A stretch of 64,000 nucleotides of DNA from Bugula neritina (lineage: Eukaryota > Animalia > Bryozoa): positions 30,999,504-31,063,503 of the forward strand of contig OZ037765.1 of NCBI GenBank assembly GCA_964035545.1, read 5' to 3'. Below are positions 52,801 to 64,000 of the stretch, one piece after another (positions within the stretch are counted from its first letter, which is position 1; every line of letters starts with the position of its first letter). Made by a program: the position numbers and the translations under genes. The notes under the pieces were generated by a model, which made no database searches, was not told the origin of the DNA, and saw only the letters and a program-made list of their open reading frames with translations.

Positions 52801-55800
52801 ACTGTACCGAATATGAATGGTGCTGACTTATCTCCGACATCACCGAGTCACACTGGTACTCGAACTACTCTGGACGACTTGATGAGTACGCTCAAACTTT
52901 TGGAAGAAGAAGAGAACTTACCTCCTCCACCAGAGAAAAAGTTCAATGCATGGAGTGTCGAGCAAGGTACTTGAATGCCAGCGGTAATGTAGCAACACAA
53001 TGCATTTTGGGAATAAAATAAAATGCAATAGACAATAGTTCACTAGTGTTAGAACTAGGACTATTTGTTGTAGAAGTATTTTCAGTTATACGAGGAGTAT
53101 TCAATGAATTAGTTTGCTAGTTTATCTTGGTGACTTTAATTTAACTCGTTTTGATGGGAATAAAACTGCTAAACCAAACAGAATATTTTTCACTGTATCA
53201 GGGTTTATACCCTAGGCTAATTATTAGTAACTACACAAGAACATGTTTCTACAAAGTCGTCTCCTCATTGCACTAAATTAATTTTCATTTTATTTTTCAG
53301 CTACTTTATCTTTCATTCGCTTAAACAATTAATATTTAAGAAAAGAAATTTATTTAACATTAAAGCTGGCTTGCTTTCCTCAAAACTGGAAATAGTATTT
53401 TGTGTTTGTTATAATTTTATTAGATATATAGACAACTGTATATAGATGTGCAAGAAAGTGTATTCATAAAAATGTTAGTCATGTTCAATGCATATAAAAT
53501 TACTTGTTTTCTAACATCGAGAATTTTTCTGATATACATAAAATGAAGTTTAGCCTTCAATATTTTTAGTTCTGAAAACTACTGAACAAAATCATATTAT
53601 AGGTTAATGGTTTTAATAGTTGTAGCTAAATATTATTTCAACTGTAATCATTACAAATAATCAGATATATAGCAGGTGTAGTGACTGGTATTATTTTACA
53701 ACTCTTTGTGCTGTCACTCTAGTAATTGATTGGCTGAAATGAAATGAGATTTTTCTTCAACAGCAGAAGGCAGTAATGGCAGCCAATTCAGTTCTAAAAG
53801 GCTGACGGCAGCATCTCTGGAGCAGCATGAGCAGCAGGCACTCACCGACTCTAAACTGAAGAATATCCTCTCTTTCCTTGATGATGTGGAAACTGGAGAT
53901 AGGCTGGAAGAACTTGATCAGGTGATGTTTATACTTATATTTATATTTATCTTTATATTTGTAATTATATTTATGTTTTTATTTGTATTTATATTATTTT
54001 CTAAGCAAATCAATTGGTTTTGTTGAGAATGTTTGCTGACAAAATAAATTATTTACTAAAATTGTTACAGAGTGATAAAAATATCTGTGATGTTAGTAAT
54101 GCAATGGTTTTTGTGTCAGTATGAAAGAGGCCGAGTTTAATAGGCTTTGATAACTGATAATTCATGAATTACTGTCTCATCTTGAAGACATTATTGTGCA
54201 ATGGAATTGAAAAATAACATCTTTTTATTTTAATGTTGTAGCAGTACTGTTTCTTGTTTAGAGAACTTGTTAGGAGTTAGCGGTGCTGAATTCTAGAGAA
54301 GTAGAGCGTTTACTTCATACAATTTGTATGAGTTGGCTGTTATAAACTGGGAGTTGTCCCCTCATTGTGACTTATCCTCTCTTTGCAGGGTGTAGAGCGT
54401 ATAGAGCAATACAGCACTAGCAGAGATATGCCTGGTTTACTGGTGCCGACAGCTGAAGAGTTGGAGAGCATGGAGCAAGCATCGGCAGCGGCTAGTGAGG
54501 TCACCAACACTGTGCTCCAGCAGCGTCTCAAGATTGAAGAGAAATCTCGATCTGTTCAAATGCTACAAAAAGCTCTGGTAGGCAGGGAAATTGAGTCACA
54601 AAAGTTGAGATTTGTTCGGAATTTCTAAGCAATTTATAAATCAAATAAATGGGTCTGTTGTTGCAGAACCAGCAGAGGGAGCTGACCATCCGTCATGCTC
54701 GGGAAACTGAGAAGGAGATGAATCAGCGTCTCGACGTGCAGAAAAATGAGTACGAGGAAACCGTCCAAAGACATCTGAACTTCATAGACCAACTCATAGA
54801 TGATAAAAAGGCACTCAGCGAAAAATGTGAAAAACTAGTCACCGAGTTGAAGCAAGTCGACAAAAAGTATTCTGAAAAAATCAAGCAAATGCAAGAAACG
54901 TAAGTTGCTAGTCGGTAGTTTTACAAATTAGACTATACAGGGCTTTGTAATTTTTGTTGATTAATCTCATCTGTTGGTTTTCATTCTATAGACATGACCG
55001 AGAGTTAGCCAAGGTTAAAGAAATGATTACCACACAAGAAAAAGTCAAGAGAGAACGCTGGATTGAGGAAAAAACTAAAAAAATTAAAGTATGTTTAATC
55101 TCTACTTGGTCTATCGTGTAACATAATATGTGTATCTGATGCAGGAGATTTTGTAGAAGTTTTCATAATAAAGTAACAGTAATTTGCAAATAGGGAGCAG
55201 TCATGGTGTAGTGGTTAGAGTGCTTGCCTAGTAAACATGAGGTCAGTGGTTTGAGGTGAGGTGATGTTAGGAAGAGCATCTAGTCATAATTGCTCCTGTG
55301 CCACATATGAATAAGTCCTTAGCCTGCTTTAAAAAAAAGTCTTTTTTATCAGTGTTTCTCACAGGAATAGTGACTATAAACCCGCGTGAAAATTTGCATT
55401 ATGCAAACATTTGAGCTAATTCAAAATAAGAGTTTATGTATATTTCTATCCGAATGCTTAATGTTGATGCAATTTTTCTGCCGTATTCTACTTATACTCT
55501 GCAATGTTGTGTGTAGGACCTGACAGTGAAGGGTCTGGAGCCTGAGATACAGCGTCTCATAGGCAAACACAAGAGTGAGCTGAAGAAGCTGAAGACTATT
55601 CACGAGGCTGAAATGCTGCAGGCAGACGAGAGGGCGGGTCAGCGGTATGTCAGCATGACGGAGGAGTTGCGAGACCAGCTGGCCAGGGAGAAGGAGACAG
55701 CCTGTCAGCGAGAGAGAGAATTGGCAGCTCAGCGGTAATATCTAAATTATGGTATAATGCTCTGGCTTGTGTTTAGTTCTAATATTTAAAAATGGACAGC

Positions 55801-57943
55801 TGTATGCATTTTAATCAAATTACTCATTGATGAGTTACTTTTGACTGTCCTTGACATAGGTAAATGTACAGGTTTTCCTATGTTATGGAGTATATATATA
55901 TTGATTTCACAGAATTGTGAATATCTCAGAAAACTGATGCCCCTGTAAACTACAGATGTTTTTCCGCTCCATCATTCTTATGTTGTAGAAGACATATTTA
56001 TTAATTTTACACAGATGCATGACTGAGTCTCTCAGAAAACTAATGTATCTGTAAACTACAGAGGTATTTCCATTCCACTCTGTAGGTACGAGAAGCAGCT
56101 GCAGGCGGAAGAAGAGGCATACCAACAAGCCCGCAGACGTCTCTACCAGGAGATCCAGGATGAGAAGGAGAGACTTGCGCAGCAAGCTAGTCGACAAAGA
56201 CAGGAAATGGACAAGTTACAAAGACAGCTGGAGGAATCGCATACTAGTAGTGGGGAAGTTATGAGACGGGAGTATGAGAAGACGAGAGAGGAACAGGAGC
56301 GTAGACATGAGGTGTGGTGAATATTGCATGTTACTGTTGGTGTTCAGTAACCGATATTATTGATAGTATAAGTGATCTTTTACTGGAAAACCAACTGGTG
56401 AACCCTCTGGCCATTCTTAAAACACACAATAAGACATTAATTAAATATAAGCACTCGCATGCACGCCCACGCATGCACACACATACAAAATTATGTGTAT
56501 ACATACACAATATGTACACATGTATATTTTACGTATACACATATACACAATATGTGCACATGTATTGTGTGAATAGGCTGAACTGGCTGAGGTGAAAGAA
56601 AGACTTACTATTGAGAAAGAGGCCTGGGAACAGAACTACATGAAGAAGCAGGAGGCGTGGCTATTGGCTAAAGAGAGAGAGGTGAAGGAGAAGGTGAAGG
56701 TCGAGAGAGACAGAGAAATAGAGTTGGTTATTGGCAGGCTGGAGGACGATGGCGTACAGGCGAGAGAGGAATGTGAGAGAGCTGCCGAAAACAGAATCAA
56801 GTACGACTGAATTTGAGTTCATAAGTAGTCTATGTTTCTGTATACATCATTTTATTGTAGTAGACCGTCCATTAGTCACACTCCCAACACTTTTAGGAAT
56901 AAAATAGCTAAAGTTATACCAGCTTGTCATACAAACTTTATATATATATATAAAGTTTCCATTCTTATTATGGAGGGAGTCGAGTCGCTAGCAGACTTGG
57001 TTTGAATTGGGAATAATTATGTTATCACATTTTCCGTTGCAGACGTATACGAGAGAAGTACGAGACTGAACTGGATGAGCTGGAGAGATCAGAGAGGCAG
57101 GCCATAGAAAAGTATAATCAGATGAAAGCCGAACTGTTAGAGGCTAAGGGGGACCAGCAGAGGTTGAAGGTGCTGAACAGACAGAAAGAACAGGAAGTGG
57201 AGGATATCAAGAGAGTGAGTCGTGTCTCATCATTTTGATAATTTTCCTGATTTTTTTCGACATTTATTGTAGAATAAGGTTCAGTATTTTACGGAAAAGC
57301 TTGTGTTTTATGCCATCCATGTGTATTTTATAGCTCTCGGAAAAGCTGCATAAAGAAAGAGATCATGTACAGGATGTAGTGAGGCAGGAGTTTGCCGATA
57401 AACTTATCGCGACAGACGAAGAGAATAAACGAGTAAAACAAGAAATGGCTGAACAAATATCTCGCCACAAACTGGAAATTGAGCGCATGAAACAGGAAGT
57501 AGAAGTTGTAAATAAAGCTAAACAGGAGGAAATGGATGCAGTGCACACTCGGTAAGTTATTGTCAAATGTTTTGGCGATTGCTGTTTCTTCACGAAGTTT
57601 GTTTTAATACTAAGTTATTTTCTAATGATTGTATTTCATTAAGTTTATAATAGTCATTTACATATAAAAACCATAGTTTTGGAATTAATACTAACATTCA
57701 TTTGTTGGTGAAAAACAGCTCACTTACTGTTTGTGATAGGCACAATGATGAGCTCTCTTAAGTCAATTATTTGTGAGAAACTTATTTGTAAAATTGATTT
57801 GTAGAGTGAAACAGGCTATAGCCAAGAAGGAGGAAGTAGTTAGTCAGGTGAAGCAGCAATATCAGGCAGCTTTGAAGAGAGCTGACCACTTGGAGAGTTT
57901 GCTGGAGCAGCAGCGAAAGCAGCTATTGGGCAACAAGAAGTAG
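49871..57943 (+). CDS. CEP131: Centrosomal/centriolar satellite protein of 131 kDa (AZI1). Exons approx.: 49871-50020, 50283-50416, 50502-50598, 50988-51794, 51950-52225, 52795-52966, 53764-53921, 54389-54577, 54667-54900, 54992-55088, 55517-55734, 56086-56311, 56577-56800, 57043-57214, 57334-57551, 57805-57943
   Basis: N-terminal DLSLSGSQ, IQ-like AASVIQTAFRKF, KLKNILSFLDDV, YEETVQRHLNFIDQLIDDKKALSEKCEKLV, WIEEKTKKIKDLTVKGLEPEIQRLI, and C-terminal RVKQAIAKKEE...KRADHLESLLEQQRK. Confidence 0.93.
52601..52822 (+). repeat. 25-bp monomer / 75-bp higher-order repeat spanning a CEP131 acceptor
   Basis: TTTAAG|GTGTCCA(C/T)TGTAC recurs with AG ending at 52619, 52644, 52694, 52719, 52769 and 52794. 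Confidence 0.92.
55193..55390 (+). mobile_element. tRNA-Thr(AGT)-derived SINE, copy 3
   Basis: TGGTGTAGTGGTTAGAGTGCTTGCCTAGTAAAC head, GGTGATGTTAGGAAGAGCATCTAGTCATAATTGCTCCTG core, GACTATAAACCCGCGTGA tail. Confidence 0.85.
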
Positions 57944-58870
57944 CTTTATGGCCACCTGCTACATCTACCAGCACTTAATCTCATTCAACCGTCCAATATA
58001 AATTCCTTACAATGTTACAGTTTTTCTTACTTAATTCTTTTTTGGTAGAATTGCATTTAATAAGCAAATCAGCTTTTTCCCACAAATTATCTTTTTTATT
58101 CATTTTTATTTATAAATGTTAAAAATGCTAGTATAGATAGTGCCGAAATTGAGATTGTTGTGACAGGCAATAGAAAACTGCAGATAACAATTTCACAATA
58201 TAATATCATTGTGTAAGCAACTCAAGACTTTTACATGGAAGATTTGATAATTATGCATATTACTGATATGCCATGTTCTTTCACCTAACACAGCTATAGC
58301 CAGGAATAGCAGCAGTGACTGCTACAACTATTAAACTATCAGTAGAAACGTATCACCTAAACAGCAGGTGCTTTTATATTTAATATCTAATCTACACTTT
58401 AAACACATCATTAAATTAGAGATTTCTATATTTTTGATACAAAATTAATACTAGAGATTATCAGTAGAAACATTATTTTGAAAAAGGACCCAGAGAGTGA
58501 AGCCAGTTAAAGAAAAATTACACCAATAATATAAAGCTATAGATGAATAATATTGTGCTTAATGAGTAAAATTGGAATATTTTTATCAATGTTTATCTTG
58601 ACAACTTTGGAAAATTTAAAAGAGTAAAATGATGGAACGCTTGATCAACTGTAATAAAAGTGTCAAATAGGTCTGCATTATTTATCCATTCAGAAGCTAT
58701 AGATATAACAACACTGACTTAAAATGTTTACCAACACAAAGTTGATTGCATAACAACAGCACACTTCAGCTCATGATAATAGGGGAATATTGGATACAGT
58801 GACATCAAAATACTAGATCATGGAAACTAGGCTAAAGTTACCATCACAGAGTTTATATAAATAATATTAA

Positions 58871-61800
58871 CTACAAGCTTTTGATCTCGAATAATTTCAC
58901 TTCGGTATCGTACCATATTGGTGGATCCACATTCCTAAAAAGGATAATTTACACATCTGATTTTTCGATTTGAACCAGTAAAATGTGCATATTCTACATC
59001 ATGTCCCAAATGAAAACATTTATGATGCAATGAAATAATGTAAAAACTGCTGTGTTTCTATTACCACAAATATTACCTGAGGTAGATTATGCCCCACATG
59101 TATGTCCTGAACCACATTGTAGTGCCACTATTAGCCTGGTATTTCCTAATGAGTATGGGGTGGGGCACGGGCAGCAGACCAACCAAAGTACCATGCTGAA
59201 GGAACTTCAAAATCTCTCCTTCATCAGTCAGATTCCTGCACCATTATATAAACGAGTGTATTGAGTGACATAGTAGTCAGTTGCGTAAGAAATGTGTATA
59301 TTAATCTAAAACCCACTTTGACAGTTATCCTTGAATAGTAAAAAATAAACATTAAAATAAGGTTACCATCATAGCTTTCCATCTGAATGCTTTGTTTTTT
59401 ATACCATATTACATAATAGTTGTGAACACTTGTCATAACATTGCTGCTGCATAGCAACAATTCTCCTTTATATAGTTGCCATAAAATTGACATTGCATAT
59501 TAACAAACCCTCTTACGGATATCATACAATTATTGCTGCATCAATTTAATTCAACTGTTGTAGAGCTGTCACTGCATAGTATCAACCTACTTGTGGTAGA
59601 ATTGTCACTGCATAGTAACAACCTACTTGTCAATGCAGATCTTTTCCACTTGAGGTACCAGCACCTGCAACAGTCTCATAATAGTCTGCAATGGTAGCTT
59701 CTGTTTCCAAGACATGACCCACTCGGAGGTGGCGGTGAAGTGTGCTGCCGTCTCTTGAGAATACATATCTGGAACTCTGGCTACACCCTCCTGACCAACA
59801 AAATCCACACTAACTGACCATTCAGTATGGAACTGATTTTGGCTTCAGGGAGCAAAATTTATTGATTCAAATACTACTTTCACCCATTTCAATGCATCCC
59901 TCAAATAAATTTAAAATGTAATTGGCATAATTGTATACATATTGCAGCCAAAGAGATGATGTTGGACAAGGGTTGTATTCCCATGTTGAGTAGCCTTTCC
60001 AATAAGCTGTTAAGTGTTCACCCTAAACTCAAGCACATCAAACTTGAATTAAGACCTATAATTTCAGTTAGACCCCACCACTGTCCATCAATCCTGGGTG
60101 AAACATTAAATTGCTATCAACAACATTACTGTCAGCTACCAAAGATGAGGCTATTAGGGCATGTAATTAGTAAAACCTGTAAATGGTGTCGAGGTGGTTT
60201 TTCATGAGAAGATTTATCGTCGTCATCTTCACCTTCATCGACCCCAAAATCTTCAGCCATATTATCCCCACCTGCCAGTTAAGTAGTCAGAATAAATACT
60301 GTTTGAGTGAAAGACAGATCAAGCTTAAAGTTTGCACTTAATGATTAAAATATAAATTAGATATGTTATTTTTAAAATTAAGAACAAAAATTCATTGCAT
60401 AAAATACTATTTCCTTATTAAAAATTTGCGTGAATTTTCTTCTTAAAATCATGTATAATAATAACATCAAGCTACACTGACTTTAAATAGACTGGGAACT
60501 ACGCAGTCACTTAAGTTTAGACTGGGAACTACGCACCAGCTGTCTCTTCAGATAGTGGTTTAGAAGAGGTTTGATCGTCATGGTTACTGCTATCGGCAAG
60601 AGTGGATGTAGGAGATTCTGCAGAGAATTCCATGCTAGCACTAGGAGTTGTCCTCTTTCCTCTTTTATTCAGGACTTTGTTTATGGTAGCCTGATCAGTG
60701 GAGAGATTGGCGAGCTGATGAAATGTTGCCCTTTTACGAATCAGCTGGTATATCAGATTACTGTTTCCTGGTAACACAGAGTACATTGCATGTTATAGAC
60801 AATATACCATCGAACTGGTACTGTATTATAGACAATATACCATCGAACTGGTACTGTATTATAGACAATATACCATCAAACTGGTACTATATTTTAGACA
60901 ACCTACCATCAAACTGATACTGTATGATGTTATTGAAGACCTCCAGCAAGAAGAAGACGTGGTGGTGATTAGCTGATTTGGCATAAAGAAACCATGGAGT
61001 GCTGAAGGCTTCAAGTAGATGCAGTAACTTAGCACTGGCCACCATGGATAGTGTCTTCAGATAGGGAGACACTGCAGCATAATAGCCAGAGATAAACAAT
61101 GACTACACAGCAGTATAGTGATGACGGCTTCCAGTGGTTTTAAGTTCTGCCAGCCCAAGGCTTTGTATTATTAAAAACTTGACTCACTAATCACAATCAA
61201 TATGCAGTTTTTTACATTACAAAAATATATTCTACAATAGAAATGGACAATAATTTATAAAAAGTATAAATGAGGTACTGATTTTACACAGCATAGAGTT
61301 TGGAAAATATGTTCAAAAATATAAGAAAAGATGCCGAGACCTTTTGAATTTCTTACAATTATACAAAGTTTATCTTCAGACGAACTGTGGTAGTAGTAGC
61401 AGTATTTAATGCAAGAAGAAAAACTATTCTAAAGCATCGGGTGTGTTTTAAATGATTTCAACAGATATAGTTATAACATGTGTATATTTATGTGTCTGTA
61501 TAAATGTCCATTTTTTAGTAAAAATTGAAATTTTCTTCAAGAAGCTAGTGATTGGTTAACAATTAGAAGGATGACATAAGTTCCTCTATCAGAGCAAATA
61601 ACTAGTTACACCCAACTAGACCCGAGTTCTCAGAATTTTTAACGTGTTTCACACCTTGTGAAAAATACAAATATTACTGTAGTAACAGTTGAAAGCATCA
61701 AACAACATATAAGATAAACTAATATAAATATTAAAATACTTGGTTATGAATAAAAGTAAATCATTAATGATTAGGTAAATATCTCTGCATAAAACAAGGA

Positions 61801-63878
61801 AAAGAGATACGAAACACTACATACTACATACCATTGACTATTATGGTTAGTAGGCAGTCAAATAAGGGCTGTAACTTAGGGTGCCCCACAGTAATTATCT
61901 TGTGGAAAACCTATAAATTAATAAATAAACTTATATTCAACAGCGCTGTAAGCTAAAAGAAAAGGTCTATGAGTGTTACTGTAGCGTGTGTTCTAAAATG
62001 AAACTGCCTTACTATGATGAGAAGGTCAGCATGCGTCCCCGAGAACACTGGAATGTCCATAGGAACTCGGGTGGTGTACGGTTTATTCAATCTCACACCA
62101 AAGTTACGCTCTCCACTCAAAAGAAGAATGATGAAGACACCAATATGCATCATACCGACTCGAGCTGCAAAAGATAAACGTGTGACCGACAACAGAGACA
62201 AAACTAATGCCGATAACTGTCCTCAACTGAACTTGAGTTTAATCCTGAAAATTTTTCGAAATCAAAATTGAAAAATCTGATCAAAGGCCACCACTGTAGT
62301 TGACGAATACAAAACAAACTTAAATGTCTTAAAGTTAAAGTTTAAAAGTTTAAAACATTTAATACTCATAGATTTTATTTCAGCTACGGATTTAAATTAA
62401 CAAGATTGAAAATTTATGGTTGTAATTAAAACACATTTGAGTCAAAAATTTAAGATGATTGAAAAGAGAAGATAACTATAATATAATAAATATCCTACAT
62501 TGGTCAGCTCTGGCGTCATTCAAATGATAGAGTATGGGGACCAAGACCTCTAGAACATCACTACTCTTTAGCACATAGAACATGAAAGTCTACAAATCAT
62601 TGTTATACAAGTCATTACCATAATGCTGTGTATTTATAACAAGACATGCTTGCTTACATTGAACGTTGATAACATGTCAAAGAGCTAGTAATATACAAAT
62701 GAAGCAAACAGTGATTTCAGAGTAGTTTTTATAACTTAAACTGTTTATCAACAAAAAAAATTCATCCTGAAATAATTAAACTAAATGGATATTATATCAA
62801 ATATTAGGCAATGAATAAAATTTTATGTAAGATTTTTTTAATTACAGTACAGTGTTACAGTGCAGTGTTACAGTACAGTGTTACAGTACAGTGTTACAGT
62901 ACAGTGTTACAGTACAGTGTTACGGTACAATGTTACGGTACAATGATACAGTAATGTGTTACAGTGCAGTGTTACAGCGCAGTGTTACAGTACAGTGTTA
63001 CAGTGTAGTGTTACAGTACAGTGTTACAGTGCAGTGTTATACAGTATATCAGTACAGTGTTACAGTATATCAGTACAGTGTTACAGTACAGTGTTACAGT
63101 ACAGTGTTACAGTACAGTGTTACAGTACAGTGTTACAGTATATCAGTACAGTGTTACCTTGTTGATGTCACACATCTTCCAGAACAGGACGAGCATCTCC
63201 TGGTAGAACTGAATCTTCTTACAAGAACCTGGAAGATACGTCTGAGTCAAGGGGTTGTTTAGCAAACGTGTCAGTCCTTTCAACATAAACGCAAAATCCT
63301 ACAACATAAACCAATCAAAACGTCTAAAAACAAACCAACACAAACTCGTAATTTATTCTGTCAAATAACTTTCCTCTATTAGGACATACTTATTCACCTC
63401 TACTAAGACATATTTACCTTTACCAAGATATACTTACCTCTACTAAGATATACTTACATCTACTAAGACAACTTACCCTTACTAAAACATCTTACCTCTT
63501 CTCGGTGAATTCTGGATAAATAGTTGACAAAGAGATTCTTAAATCCGGTTTCCTAAAACATGAATTAGAAAACTTACAGCTGACAAAACTTCAAATGTAG
63601 CACCTGTATTCAGATGTCAGAGTGCAGCAGGTGTCTGCCAGGTCATAACATACTGTATACGTAGAAAGGTGTCATGATATCTCACCGAGTTTTCAGAGCC
63701 ATCTTCTGAGTGAGACTCGAGGTCGTTCTCGAGACAGACACACATCACCTGGATGGCCACTTCAACCAGAGGCTCCCGTATATCGGTGACCATGAGATGG
63801 TTGTACGGGACTCCGTAGCCAACAGGATCGTAGGAACAGATGACATTGAGTAAAGAGGTGAACAATGGCAGAGCATGT
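58871..63878 (-). CDS. HID1: Protein HID1 (Golgi/dense-core vesicle), 5' part outside window. Exons: 63878-63686, 63552-63496, 63298-63158, 62589-62499, 62164-62013, 61910-61832, 61071-60907, 60767-60537, 60271-60177, 59790-59627, 59236-59077, 58934-58871
   Basis: HALPLFTSLLNVICSYDPVGYGVPYNHL, NLFVNYLSRIHREEDF, LLSGERNFGVRLNKPY, SPYLKTLSMVA, NNIIQYQFDGNSNLIY, WKQKLPLQTIMRLLQVLVPQVEKICIDK, GLLPVPHPILIRKYQAN, and terminal NVDPPIWYDTEVKLFEI. Confidence 0.96.
60793..60923 (-). repeat. 33-bp repeat x~4 copying the HID1 exon 3' end plus donor
   Basis: Unit (plus strand) TTATAGACAATATACCATCGAACTGGTACTGTA; the fourth copy overlaps the real junction at 60907/60906. Confidence 0.92.
62843..63157 (-). 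repeat. 13-bp minisatellite (GTAACACTGTACT)n starting at a HID1 donor
   Basis: About 24 units; the array begins at AAG|GTAACACTGTACT (63158/63157). Confidence 0.95.
63385..63500 (-). repeat. ~20-bp repeat multiplying a HID1 5' splice site
   Basis: Plus-strand TACTTACCTCTACTAAGATA-like units give serial AG|GTAAGT-like motifs on the minus strand. Confidence 0.85.
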
Positions 63879-64000
63879 CTGCAATACAACATGGCACAAA
63901 CTTGATGTCAGGGGAAGCAACTTCGCAATGATCAATTTTATAATTACGTGCATTCCTAAAAATCTTGGCTAAAATTTCCTTTTTTGTCTTGACGTATTCT

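Noticed and set aside
62852-63262. Repetitive ORFs (VTVQCYS...) on the plus strand
   Set aside because: Artefacts of the 13-bp minisatellite, antisense to HID1.

Overview
AT-rich, intron-containing animal (invertebrate-like) genomic DNA with seven protein genes, assembled here by hand from splice signals and reading frame. From left to right: the first coding exon of a probable MOB2 (-), CKS1/2 (-), an unconventional myosin (+), RCCD1-like (-), KIF19 (+), CEP131 (+) and a 5'-truncated HID1 (-). It also holds an intron-containing tRNA-Leu(CAA) nested in a myosin intron, three copies of a tRNA-Thr(AGT)-derived SINE, several MITEs and many mini/microsatellites. Two observations stand out. (1) The myosin has a class-III-like motor with no N-terminal kinase, and its tail carries a Smad MH2 domain split over four exons, so it is fragmented in the ORF track. 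The domain looks like the Expansion/Rebuf type, which suggests a motorised chitin-deposition/apical-trafficking factor. (2) At least seven tandem repeats are seeded on exon-intron junctions and multiply splice sites, for example nine copies of one KIF19 acceptor. Family assignments rest on remembered motifs; no searches were run.
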